A program made the position numbers and the translations under genes. DNA of 56,915 nt, counting the filler, from Trichosphaerium sp. ATCC 40318 (Eukaryota > Protista > Tubulinea), in NCBI GenBank assembly GCA_038496445.1. It is 2 parts of 2 records of this genome, joined end to end, with 100 filler letters (N's around TTAATTAATTAA, not from the genome) between each part and the next. Parts side by side here need not be neighbours in the genome. Positions count along the whole stretch, not along the records: positions 1 to 26,685 come from JALMLS010000212.1; positions 26,786 to 56,915 come from JALMLS010000558.1. The stretch is one strand, 5' to 3'. Shown in pieces: positions 25,612 through 37,410 of this stretch. Under the pieces are notes generated by a model that saw nothing but the letters and a program-made list of their open reading frames with translations, made no database searches and was not told the DNA's origin. Each line of letters opens with the position of its first letter. The first letter of the stretch is position 1.

Positions 25612-26685
25612 ATGGTCGTTAAACGATTGTTTAACAAAGAACATTATGCAGACTTGAAACAGCAATATTGGAGAGCTCACGAGCGTCGGAAACAGTTTTT
25701 GATTGAGGTAAACGGGTTTTGTGTAAAGTGCGATTATGTTACTCTGACGCGTTTCTAAAGGTGCAAAAAAGCCATAATATAACTAATCTAGACGGTTGGT
25801 ACAATTTAAGCTGCAATGACATTCTTCTCGCTGGCGGCGCTAAATTACTTAGGTACACGTAAACTTATGCGTATACGATACATAAAACGATATTTAACTA
25901 ACAAGTCAAAGAAACTATTCACATTCCCTTCACGAGTTATTAAAAGATGTCTGGCCAAATCACCAGTGGCATCAGTGGCTTTTTACAACAGGTACAAAGC
26001 AAATCAAACAAAACATGGCTCGACATCTTCATTTTTTTGTATTTTTTTTCTTTCCGTTTTGACTCAATTTCACGTAAAAAGAGCAACCCCGCCCTTCGTT
26101 CTGGAAAAATCTTGATAATCACCGTGTTGTATTTATTAAAGTACGTATTTTTTGAAGATTCAAAATTGTCGGTTTTGTTTCAACTAAGGAAGCACGTGTT
26201 TGATTTTTTTTTTAGGCAGAAGAAAAGTTTGACATAAAAAATATTAAAGATTGGTATAAATATCAAACTGATGATTTCAGACGTCTTGGTCCTGCATTTG
26301 AATCACTTGTTATGTATGTGAATACACAAAAGTGTAGTGTATTGTTTAATTGATATCCTGTTTTATATAGGCGTTATGATAAAAAGTTATTTGGACTTCT
26401 TCGTTATTGCTATCCTGATTTTCCTTGGAAGATGTGGCTTTTTCGTATGTACCTTACCACAAATACGCGAATAGTTTACCCAAAAAAAATAACTTTACGT
26501 GTAGCACGAGGTGGATACCCAAGCTTCTGGGAAGAAATTGGAAGAGCAGACGCATTTCTTAGATACGTATGTTCTCCTTTCTTATTTTTTTCTGCATTTG
26601 TTTGATTTTTTACAAGGCAGAGGAGCAATTAGGAATACATGAAATTAACGATTGGTATAAAACAAGCTATAACTCTATTTCTTTT
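25612..26685 (+). CDS. Trp-rich ~70-aa repeat protein, partial (runs into the gap)
   Basis: Three spliced repeats: YW...RKQFLIEVQKSHNITNLDGWY, FWKNLDNHR...FDIKNIKDWY...YPDFPWKMWLF, FWEE...EQLGIHEINDWY. Confidence 0.65.
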
Positions 26686-26785
26686 NNNNNNNNNNNNNNN
26701 NNNNNNNNNNNNNNNNNNNNNNNNNNNNNTTAATTAATTAANNNNNNNNNNNNNNNNNNNNNNNNNNNNNNNNNNNNNNNNNNNN
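26686..26785. other. Assembly gap with artificial TTAATTAATTAA spacer
   Basis: 100 positions: N runs flanking a 12-mer (26730-26741) that gives stops in all six frames. Confidence 0.95.
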
Positions 26786-29700
26786 AAAGGAGGAAGAGTG
26801 CGCCAAACAAAATAAAATCGTTTTATTAATTAACAATTACAAGACCACAACTTCCCGACAATGCACTCCATGTCATGGCTGAAAGAGGTGACCTAGATGC
26901 TGTGGGTAAATTGCTTCTATTAGGGTAAGTGAATGATGTGGTTATTTGCCATGTTGACGAGTATTAGTACCGATGTGAATAGACTTGACGACGAAGGAAA
27001 CACTGCTCTTTTTTACGCTATAAAGAATGGTCATGCTCAAACTGCCAAATGTCTACTAGAAAATGTACGCTTTTGAACCCAAAGACATCTTGATCAATGG
27101 AAAGAAATAATACTTCAAAAGGGTGCTAGAAAGAATATTTCACGGAAAGGCTATAACATGTACTACATAGCAGCACAAAATGGTAAACAAACTTTTCTTG
27201 TTTTTTTCTTTTTCTTCAGCTAAACTTACACTTTCCTGTTAGGTCATCATGCTGTTTTGATGATTCTTACACTCAAACATGTACCTGGTATAGATAGGGT
27301 ATCACCAAGCGGATATACGGTTAGAAAAAATTGATGTGTTGATGCTAACACGAGCGTGATAGCCGCTTTGCATTGCAGCTCAAAAAGGACACATGCAATG
27401 CGTAAAAGTTCTTCTATCTACAGGCGCTGTTAATGTGATGTATAAGTTCCAAGGTCGTTGGACAGTAGCTGATATCGCAAGAGATAAGCATCACTTCAGT
27501 TTGGCAACCTTCTTGAGCTTGAAAATCAAAGGTAGTTGCCCTGTAACAATTCGAGCTGTTTTCGGTTAACAGCTTTTTTTTAAGAAAAACAGGCAAAAGA
27601 GCGCCCTAAGCCAGCACCAGCAAGAAAATACACACCTCCACAACAGACTTACAAGAAGAGTCAGCAATCGACATCAAATACAAAAAAGTTTACTAGAAGT
27701 GAACTTCAAAGAATGTCAGTATCGAAACTAAAAAGTTTGGCTTCTGAGCGCAATATTTCATTGGCTGGTGCTTATGAAAAGTCAGATGTAATAAACAGAA
27801 TCTTGGGTGGATCTAAAGCAATTCCAAATAATGCTTATCCACAAAAGAAGTCTGCCCCTAAGCCAAAACCGACAGGTGATAGTGTGGATGTTTGTATCGT
27901 AGTTGAGTTTTCAGGAAATAAGAAAAGAATGGATTTCAAAGCTACTACGATGTATGAAGTCAAGACAACTGTTGCAAGTAGATTCCGTATTTCAGGAGAT
28001 GTACGTCACTTTTAATATGTACATTTTAGTTGTTGAACTAAGCATATTATTCTAGACTTCAAAGTTCGAGTATTATGATGGTTTATTTGAAGAGTATGTT
28101 GATTTACCGGAGAAATTAGCAGAATTGAAAATGCCCGCCAAAATTAGAGTAACTGAGCTTCACGTGCGTGTTGTTTTTTCGTCCTGTGAAATAACATCTA
28201 ATACTGGGTACTTAGGATAAGGAACGTATGGCGTGGGATTTCTCGAGTGCACTTACGTCAAGTGATGGTTGGGTACAAAAAGGTAAAACTATTCTGATGT
28301 TTTGTAAAAAAAAGTGTTTACATGATTCAAGGGTATGGTGATAACATTTACAATTCCTTGCTACTCAAGGACGGAAACAAAATAATATTCCCAACGGAAC
28401 TTAAAAAACTAAAGAGCTTATTACGGAGGTTAGTACACTAAGAGTTAGAAAGCTTGAAAAGTAGTAATTACTTTGAAGGTATCATAATGGAGATGGCTTG
28501 GATATTGTCAAAGCATATGCTATTGATAATCCTACATTAAACTCTGCATTCAAAGCTTATGCGAAGAGTAATTGGGGAAACAGGCGATCTTCACCAAATT
28601 TGTTTAACGTACACCTTTTTTTTCTCATTTTTTTCCTCATTAGTATTGCGTTTTGTGGTGGCTATTGCTACTGCGGTTAATGGGCGTAAAGAGAATTATG
28701 ATATATATCTATCACTTAAACTTAAAAGAGTTCTCAAAAACGTTTTCATATAATTGAAGATGTCTTCTTTATCGATTAAGGGAATGTTAACAAAGTTGTA
28801 GTTAAGAACCTGGAAGAACGATCAGTATTCACATAGAGCGTGGACAATTAAGCCTCTGTTTAAAATGATTCAAGAATGCAATTGGAACGAAGGTACTGAA
28901 AGAGAACCTGTTGTACCTATGCTTCAAGGAACAAAGCTTGAGCAAGTATGGAAAATTTGCCAAAATGGTTACTCCACCACTGCAACACGTGATGCTGGAT
29001 GGTTCGGTAAAGGTACACAGAAAAGTGATTGCCTTAATTGTTTTGAACTAAAATTTTGTTTCAAGGGATGTACTTTACGTCCTCTGCAGCGTATGCGTTG
29101 ACTTATGCTGAGAAAGACGATAATGGTCACAAATGTATCACATTGAATTTGTGTATCCCTGGTAATGTATATCCTGTAATTGAAAGTCCTGTTGGAAAGG
29201 ATTCTCTAAAGGGAAAGGCTTATGTAAACGGATACCAATCGCACTTTGTCCGTGTATCGTCTGGGATAAGTGGTGCGGTGAATTCTTTTTTTTTCTCAAA
29301 ACTTTTTCGCTTTTTGTATCTAAAACTAAAAATAACTCTTGTTCAACTTTTCTAATGAGCTAGTAAAAGACAACAAGATTTTTTGATACTATTCAAATAA
29401 CTTATTGTTGGCTTGTTTTTTATCGCTTTAATGTCATATACTGCAACTTCAATAAGTGGTATTAGCACCCTTTTTGGTTTCATGGTAGTCTTCACGACAT
29501 CAACACTTTAGCATTGTTTTTGTAGACCGTTTTCTAATAAATTCATCAAGATATGGGATATCCTGCAAAGATTGATACAGAGGGATGTTATGACGAACTG
29601 GTAACGTTTCAGGTGTGTTTTTTGAGTAAAAAGCTTCAAAAATGGAAAAAAAAGAGGAATGCTTGTTTTAGAAATTTGAGTGTAACGTGCTACCCCTTGC

Positions 29701-29794
29701 AGTCATTTTTTTATTTATCTGGGCAGTCACTAACCTCGATTTTATTTAGAATTATCAAGTGCTCCCGAAATATGTTATTATAGTAAAAACATAA
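26786..29794 (+). CDS. Ankyrin + HeH/SAP-like + PB1/ubiquitin-like + PARP-like ART domain protein; 5' end in the gap
   Basis: Ankyrins (NALHVMAERGD, GNTALFYAIKNGH, TPLCIAAQKGH); LQRMSVSKLKSLASERNISLAGAYEKSDVINRI; EYYDGLFEEYVDL; ART MLQGT, GWFGKGMYFT, GYQSH, YDELVTFQNYQVLPKY. Confidence 0.8.
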
Positions 29795-30146
29795 AGAACC
29801 GTTGTGTAATGTGTGATGGTATTATTAAAGCTGTAGCACTGTTATAGAAGAGGATTACTAATTTACACATAAAAGATATCCTTCAAATAAAAATTTCGAC
29901 ATTTATAGTTTTGGCATTACACCAGCTGGATGGATTTATTACAATGTAGTTTTGCCTTTGAATTGGGTACAAGAGGTTTAAACAACTGCTGAATAGCTTC
30001 TTGACAGAGACTTACCACTGTTGTTCCACAAAAATGGTAAACTTAAAGCCATAAGGTAAAAGTAATAAAATGTAACAAAACGGTGATTGCGTCTCGTGCC
30101 TCCTATCAGTTACGACAGCCATTAGTACACCATCGAACACCTACAA

Positions 30147-30236
30147 GATACGAAGTATAAAATTGAGCTCAAGTCAATCGCCTTAACCACTTGGCTACTC
30201 TCCTGTTGATAGGAGAGGCGGGATTCGAACCCGCGA
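30147..30236 (-). tRNA. tRNA with TGA anticodon (Ser) in permuted order: 3' half 30236-30210, 5-nt spacer, 5' half 30204-~30147; may be a pseudogene
   Basis: Minus strand: GCGGG-TTCGAAT-CCCGC-CTCTCCT-A-tcaac-AGGAGAG-TA-GCCAAGTGGTTAAGGC-G-ATTGA-CTTGAGC-TCAAT-ttt-ATACTTCGTAT; all stems pair. Confidence 0.6.
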
Positions 30237-31057
30237 GAGTTTGTTTTTTGTTATTTGGTGTGACAACATACTGGGGGTATGAGACACGGTGACTGAGATT
30301 ATTGCACCGCACTGAAACAGAGAACCAACATGTTTAAGTACACGTAATAGTTGACAGAAAAAATGATTGTGGGATTTCATTCTGCTAAAATTAGCAAAAC
30401 ATCAAAGAACATGAAAATTACTTTTTTTTGCCACTGCTGGATTACTTTACCTATACGTAACGTGCATTTAATTGCGGGTTTAGTCAGTATCCATACTTTT
30501 AATGAGTTCTCCAAAAAGAGCCTAGCTATACAACAGAGTTTACCAGAACTAGAACAAGACATTGTGGAGCGGTATAAACTGTCCCTACCTAAATGAACAA
30601 ACGATCACATACCAATTTATGTATATTTGATTCAAACACATACGGAGTTGTCGAAATAAAAAGAATTAAATACTTCATCTCTACCTTCAACTTTTTTTTC
30701 CACGTGTCCAAATAGATGAAACGTATTGTCCGTATCATTCAAGTTTGCATACCTTTGCAACTTTTTGCTGTTTGTGACTTTTGGTTTTCGTGTTTAGTCA
30801 GATCTGACAGTTCTTGCAACTTCTGTAAGTTCTTACAAGATCTGACACTAGTGAAAGTGGTGAACAAAAATGACAAAAAACGTTAAGTGTTATAGTTGAA
30901 CTGCCATTAACCATCCACAAAACCAAATATTGCGTAGATATGGCCAGGTCACATATCTAGCTTTAAAAAAGAGTAAATTGACACATTTTTGTAGTTAAAA
31001 AACTGCGAAATTTCCCGATTTATGAGTGTAACTTAGTTTTCAAATAATTCTACGAAG

Positions 31058-32396
31058 ATGACAACCGCGGTAGTTAGCAATACCATAATAACACGTACTG
31101 TAACCACTCAGCACTCAAAAAGATGTAGAGCAAGCAGGAAACCGATGACATTTACTTTTCTAATTGACGTATCATTCTCAATGGTGCGTATAAATCAACG
31201 CATAGTGACCTGCGAGTGCCTGTACCTTATGCTCACGTGTTTGTATAAAGTCCGGCTCAAGAATTAGAGCAACAACTCAAGCAGTACAAACAATGGCGAA
31301 AACAGTGCTAGAGAAGCAAGATCTTGTGGCTCTCAAAGTTTTTAATGATGCCGACGCACGTACAATCTTTGGATTGAAACAACCTTCTAGCGTACGATGG
31401 AATGTAGCGAAATCTAAAATAAAGACAACTGGAGGTACGTTACACGTTTTTTGAAGCGTCGCGCTTGTGAAAAGTCTGTCAGAGACTTTGTTACAAAGAG
31501 GCGTCTAAATGACTTCTCTTACCTCTAGGCACACGTCTATATGATGCTATTGATAAAACAATGTCAGTTATGCCTTATGGAGCGAAATACAAGAAATATC
31601 ACCGACAACTTGTTGTTTTGACTGACGGAGAAGACAACGGATCTAGAATGTCATACGAAGCGTTAAAAGCGCGTATCAAGGAGCCTGGTATTAAGAATTT
31701 TCACTTGATACTTATTGGTGTTAACGTCAGTCCGGAATACGAGAAGAAACTCAGGTATTCAGATTCATAGTTTTTTGGAAAACGTGATATTTTGTGCTGA
31801 CTTTCTTCTTTAGGAACCTTTGTGACAAGCCTCACTTCCGGTACCTTGATTGTGGTGCTAGTAGTGAAGATATCAAAAAGTCGTTTGGTCGTGCGAAGAA
31901 GGTTGTTATGGAGTACATCACCACAACAACAACAGAAACTCGAGTATCAACTGTAACAACCATGAAAGGAAAAAATCAAAAAATGATATCGCCACCTCCT
32001 TCGTCAATACCTCTTGATAAGAACCTCATAACAAACTCTGTGCAATCAAACAGACAGCCACTGCGCAAGAAGAAGAATCCAACACGTAACAAGAAGGGAA
32101 CCAGCTGCTTTGTAGGAGGTATAGAACACGAGGTACGGATGAGAGTGCTAAAGAGTTCAACGGCTTACTTTTTTTTTTTTTTGAAAAAGTCAACAAAAAA
32201 GGAATTGGAAGATTTTTTCGCACCGTTTGATGCCAATTGTTGTGTGACCTCTGAAATAAGATATAACAAGAAACATCAAGCTTATTTTGCATTTATCAAG
32301 TTCTCAACATCAGTTGCAGCAGAGTTTGTGTCATCAACAGCTTTCATTGAAGAGAACAGGTTCAAAAAATCGAAGCTTACTATAAATATCGTTTAA
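31058..32396 (+). CDS. von Willebrand A domain + C-terminal RRM protein, multi-exon
   Basis: FLIDVSFSM (DxSxS), GGTRLYDAI, LVVLTDGEDN (MIDAS); RRM RNP2 CFVGGI and RNP1-like YFAFIKF. Confidence 0.75.
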
Positions 32397-32487
32397 CCTC
32401 TTCATTGGCAATGATTGCGAGTGTTATAAGCCTTAAATATCAAAGTTACAATGCACATGTAAGGGTTTTATTAATGTATTGAATACT

Positions 32488-33331
32488 TTAAAAGAAATAT
32501 TCACCATACAGTTCAAAGTCTTCCTCAACATTATTATTCTTAAGTATATTTTTAATTTCCTTGTGGCATTGTTCCAGGTCACCACTAAAAATACAAACTC
32601 CACGAAAAGCTGCACTTTTAAGCTTGTTTTTTCTAGATTCAATAATTAATCTCAACTGTTGTAATACCAAGCCACAACCAGGCAAAAACAATAACCCAAG
32701 TTTCTTCAATCTCGGCAAAAAAAGTGGGTCAGCAAAACTCTTAAGTTCTGGTATGCTTAGTTTCATGTAAGTACATGAAAACACTTTTATACTTGATTTT
32801 GTGTTCCTTAATGCGTCAATAAGAGCTGGTGTGTACTCAGTCTTGAATCCTAGTTTACCTAACCTAATACGCAGTTAGCAACTAAACAGCCTTCTTAGTG
32901 ATAGTACCCGAACCAAAAATGTATTGTAAGCTTTTCTAATGAAGTACACAACTTGACAGCATCCATCAGTTCAAACCAAGTGTTTTCACCAAAAAAAACA
33001 CCTTGCAAATCTAATGTAACCAGTTGGTTCATAGACATACGACAAGCAATTGCTCTGGAGATATTTTTCCATATAACAAGTCCGTCCATGTTACAACAAT
33101 ACACAGAGTTTATCTTCACTTTCACGTGGTACTTTAAAATAATTTGAATTATCTCCATTGGCAGTATTCCGAACAAACCATCTTCTTTATAATGAGATAG
33201 CAGTACTAGTCTTGTTGATGACCATCTTAAAGGTTGGTGTTCCTCAAAACTCCAAAAATTCCATTCAAAGTGTTTAATGTCATCTTCATGAAACACACTT
33301 ATGGCATCGACACGGACTGAAAGATCAAACC
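32488..33331 (-). CDS. 3' exons of an F-box-like/RNI-LRR-like protein; upstream exons probably at ~35422-35930 beyond the pogo element
   Basis: RLVLLSHYKEDGLFGILPMEIIQIILKY; LVTLDL, LEKLTI, LKKLGL; an intron near 32864-32906 joins the two ORFs in frame. Confidence 0.55.
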
Positions 33332-33425
33332 TGGGTATCAAATTAATAATCAACCAGAAAAAAAAGCAGTAGAAAACCCTAGAATATATGCCATAGCAGC
33401 TGTGACGTTTTTCAGATGAGAATTA

Positions 33426-35400
33426 GTGAAAAGTATAAAATGTCCCAATTCTAGGTAAAATGTCCCCACTTTTCAATTTTTAAAATGCCTTGCAGAAGTG
33501 CCGCAAAGGCTAAAAACATGGCAGAGGCCACAAAGGAAGTACTTTATAAACTAAAGAAGCGTAAACCTTCACAAACACTCTCAATTCGTCAAATTTGCAT
33601 CACAGTGGCTAAAAAACACTGTGTTAAATCAGAATCGCTACGAAAGCGTGTTCAGAGGGCATTTGCAAAGGAGAATTCAGAGAATTTCAAATCTCATGGC
33701 AACCAACTTTTTACGGATTTTGAAGAAGAAATGTTGGTTGGCTACTGTTTGAGTTTTAGCGGGCGTCATATGCCTCTATCACGTGCAGCCTTGATATCTA
33801 TGGCACAAAGTCTGTACAAGAAGAAGAAGTCGACCAGTATGGAAGCTTGGTGTGATGGCTTCACTGAAAGACACAATATTGAACTCAAAGCCACTGTTTC
33901 GAAGACAATTCGCCGCTGCCGTGTATCTCCTGTCACTCTGCCACGTGTAGAAGCTTGGTGTGATGGTTTTGAGCGATTCTCAGAGATGTATTATATGAAC
34001 CCAGATTTGATGTTCAATTGTGACAAAAAGTTGATAACAGCATCAAGTGACAAGTATCAACACATTACCTTTCAAGATAGAACGATGAAAATTGCTGGGC
34101 GGCTGAACAATAACACAAGCAGCCCTCTCACGTTGATTCCGTTTGTTTCAGCCTCTGGACGTGTACTGGTGTCAATTTATATAATGGCAGCAAAAAACAA
34201 AGGTGATGAACAAAAAGTGCATCAAATGACAGTACCCAGAACAACAAATACCCGCTCTTCATGGCCTAGATACTATATATTTCATGGTAAAGGGTATGTG
34301 ACCAACGAAATTTGGCCAAAAATTCTTGATGTGTTCTTAAAGCACTTGAAAATTTTTCAAGGGGACAGGGTTGCATTTTTATTCCTTGATAGATTGGCCA
34401 GCCACATTAAAACAGAATCGTTACAAAAATGCCTTGAACAGCATGTACACACTATCACATGGGTGCCTCATACCTCACATTTCACGCAACCCTTAGATGA
34501 CAAGCCATTTGCTACCCTAGCTCAGGCATATAAATTAAACAGGAAAATTACAATTGAAAGTGGCACAGAGATCAAACATAAAACACGACGTTATGACATA
34601 ATGGCTGTTGCAGCTGCAAAGACCAAAGCACTGTCTCCCAAAATCTTAAAATCGGCATGGAAGTCCGTGGGCATTGTACCCTACAACAGAAAGTTGATCT
34701 TAAATCATGCTTCAAAAAATGTAGGGGTCCAACCTAAACAATCACCTTCCTTCATCACCGATACTGCTAGAAAAGCCAAAAACGCTATGAATGAGCTATA
34801 CAGCCACAGCAATCAAGTAAATGCCCTAACAATCGGTCCAATGACAGTACCAAAAGGGGATGCTTATATTGCTACCCAAATGGTTGAATTAGCAAAAAAA
34901 AAAAAGATAGATAAAGAACAAGAAATTAAACACAAGGCAGAGCTAAGGCAACTCAAGAGAGATGCTAAACAAAAAAAATTGAGGAGGAGAATGTTTGTAG
35001 AGAGGAGACAAGACAGAAAAAAGAAAAAAAAAAAACAGGAAAAAAAACTTGCTGCTGCTAAGAAGGAGTACAAAAATGAATGTGAGACCTGTCAGATATG
35101 TGGCGAGCGCATATGGAGGGGAGGATCTACGTGGGTGTGGTGTGAAGTCTGTGATCAGTATGGGTCATGCCCATGCTGCTTAAAAGAATTTGATGGAAAA
35201 AAAATGGTTGAAATGCACGAAGAAGAATGTACAGGAGGGCGATCTTTTGGTAACTGGTACTCAACGCAAATGGACACATCATGTTAAAATCAGAATAAAA
35301 AAGTATTTTTTTTAAGAGCATAGCATCAATTTTTTGTTCAAAAAAAGTGTTGAAAAGTGGGGACATTTTACCTGTGGTTGGGACATTTTATACTTTTCAC
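33426..35400 (+). mobile_element. pogo/Fot1-like (Tc1-mariner superfamily) DNA transposon, 51-bp TIRs, TA target duplication
   Basis: TIRs 33426-33476 and 35350-35400 match at 47/51 and each contains two TAAAATGTCCC repeats; TA at 33424-33425 and 35401-35402. Confidence 0.92.
33485..35287 (+). CDS. DD35D pogo-type transposase (CENP-B-type HTH + DDE_1 + C-terminal Cys/His finger)
   Basis: FTDFEEEMLV...AWCDGFTERH (HTH), FNCD, LFLDRLASH, HTSHFTQPLD (35 aa between D2 and D3). Confidence 0.9.
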   Translation: MPCRSAAKAKNMAEATKEVLYKLKKRKPSQTLSIRQICITVAKKHCVKSESLRKRVQRAFAKENSENFKSHGNQLFTDFEEEMLVGYCLSFSGRHMPLSRAALISMAQSLYKKKKSTSMEAWCDGFTERHNIELKATVSKTIRRCRVSPVTLPRVEAWCDGFERFSEMYYMNPDLMFNCDKKLITASSDKYQHITFQDRTMKIAGRLNNNTSSPLTLIPFVSASGRVLVSIYIMAAKNKGDEQKVHQMTVPRTTNTRSSWPRYYIFHGKGYVTNEIWPKILDVFLKHLKIFQGDRVAFLFLDRLASHIKTESLQKCLEQHVHTITWVPHTSHFTQPLDDKPFATLAQAYKLNRKITIESGTEIKHKTRRYDIMAVAAAKTKALSPKILKSAWKSVGIVPYNRKLILNHASKNVGVQPKQSPSFITDTARKAKNAMNELYSHSNQVNALTIGPMTVPKGDAYIATQMVELAKKKKIDKEQEIKHKAELRQLKRDAKQKKLRRRMFVERRQDRKKKKKKQEKKLAAAKKEYKNECETCQICGERIWRGGSTWVWCEVCDQYGSCPCCLKEFDGKKMVEMHEEECTGGRSFGNWYSTQMDTSC

Positions 35401-36002
35401 TAAATGATATTTTTTGAGTTTTACTCAATAAAATTTTGAGTTGTTAGCTTCATAGTTGTTTGTGCCCTTGAGGCATTCATTTTTTCAAGTTCTTAGCCCA
35501 AACGAAATTTTTCTCATACATTCTAAATGAATTGAAGAAATCACTTACAGTTCTTCACAATGTGGTAGATCGTATGCGATTATTGCCTCTCCAAATGTCG
35601 ATCTGAATTCTTGTATGATTGGATGTCTTTCTGATGGTTTTGAGCAGCTCACAGTTAGGCAATGAACTCTACAGCTGTCCCAGATATAAATTGTACTAAT
35701 TGCGTCGAAATCATAGAACACGTATGTCTTTGTACGGTTTACTAGTACCAAACCGCTTAGAAAAGTCTTAGCATCCTGAATAGATACCAAGGTGGCCTTA
35801 GACAACGTCATACTCATTGCGAAATGAACAAGTCTTCAACGGTCTTGTTTGCTTTTATGTGATACTGTTTGGAGCTATAACTTGAATCCGGATGTGGTAA
35901 TACCTTAAAATAGCGGAGTTTAACAATAACACATCAAGTAGGAGAACAGAATGCTTGTGGAAAAAAAACAGAGTTTTACTTCTTATTTTACATACGTAAT
36001 AC

Positions 36003-36553
36003 AACATAGCTTGATTTAATTCATTACGTTTTTCTGATCTATCATCTTTTTGTGCCATGTTTGCATAAACTCAGGGTCTGTTGGTAAGGAGACTCTTCAA
36101 AGTAAGCATGTCTTACAATTTCTCGTTAGGCGTTCCAAGTAGCTTGAACATCTGATAAGAAAAAAAATCAGAAAATAATAAAAACACAAACACGAAGCTG
36201 TACTAAGACAAGCTGTTCGATTTCACTATAGCCCCATAAAAGAGGTTCTCCAATAAGTAGTTCTACAAAACACATCTACAATATGTGGATGTTCCACTTC
36301 ACGAAGACTGTGAGTGGAAATCCTTCTTTTTCTTTTTGCATTTTTACTTTCTTTAATGCAACGATTTCGCCTGTTTGTTTATCCTTTGCTTTATTTGTTA
36401 GTGTTTTAGTGTAGCGCATGTAAAAATCGTTTTTGTACAGACAACACCGAATGTGTCTTCTTCTATTTTATTCTCTTTAAAGAATGCGTCAACGGATCTA
36501 CATGCTTGTAATACAGCGTCGGCAGGCACTTTTGGCTGTCTATAAACTAAAAC
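36003..36553 (-). pseudogene. Internally deleted duplicate of the CDK11-like gene
   Basis: Blocks near-identical to ~38742-38857, ~39243-39407 and ~40052-40352, retaining intron sequence, joined by deletions. Confidence 0.9.
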
Positions 36554-36884
36554 TTTCTTTTCTTCCATTCAGCTATAAACCCACTAATTGTGGCCGCTTT
36601 AATACGTAAAGTGTAACTCTGGCTTAATTTACCCAATTTCTTTTTCAATGACACGTTTATCAGTTCTGCTGAAAAACAGCTACTATTATGGCTAAGGAGT
36701 ACAGTAGAACCCATCTTGGTGCTTTTTTTATTGATCACGTGTTAATATGGTTGTGTTCGAAACTTTTCGGACACCTTTGTACAAACAGTTTATTCGTTTA
36801 AAATTATTAAAGTGCTCCTGACAGCGTATGTTAACTCATCACATGTTGTCATTTTGTGTCTGAGATTTTTGGTGTTTCACTTAA

Positions 36885-37410
36885 GGGGACACTGAGAATG
36901 GAATGACCTTAGCCCTACAGGCATCTTCGGGCTTTAAACCCATCTAAAATCGCGTAAAACGCTGAAAAAATATGATAGCGAACTGTGTAGATTGATTACT
37001 TGAAATGTCATTTTTTTTCTCAACTTTTTGACCTTAATTACACGGATTTGAAACAACTTTTAAAGTTATTCGTCCGCTATTGCACCACTCGGAGACGCAT
37101 TTTAGGTGGTGTAGAGCAAATTCATTATTTTTTTTTGCTTTCAAATTGAGACTTTTTATTGAAAGTGTACCCATAGCATGTACTACGTGTGTAGATGCTA
37201 TGGGTAACGTAGTTTTGAACAAATGTGCTTTTAAACAGAAAGATTGAAAAAATGCAAGTCGTTTTTTGAAAAAAAAAACTTTTGCAACAAAAAAACGTCA
37301 CAAAAAGGCACACGCTAAAAGTTGGGTTTTTCAAAAGCCCTCATGTCAAAGATATAGGCACGAAAATTTGAGCCGATTTGAACAATTTCTGCACATCTCA
37401 GCGTGCCCCC
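36885..37410. mobile_element. Non-autonomous TIR element (MITE), TTAA target duplication, Kolobok-like GG...CC termini
   Basis: TTAA|GGGGACACTGAGA ... TCTCAGCGTGCCCCC|TTAA; no credible ORF inside. Confidence 0.7.

Noticed and set aside
26730-26741. TTAATTAATTAA within the N run as a transposon footprint
   Set aside because: Centred in an exactly 100-bp gap; a six-frame-stop scaffolding linker. Adjacency across the gap is also uncertain.
30266-30596. LGV*DTV fragment resembling a DUF2235/Tle1-like hydrolase
   Set aside because: One short motif in broken frames; too weak to call.
33842-33966. 17-bp direct repeat encoding EAWCDGF twice in the pogo transposase
   Set aside because: Real but most simply a local duplication or conversion; no evident function.
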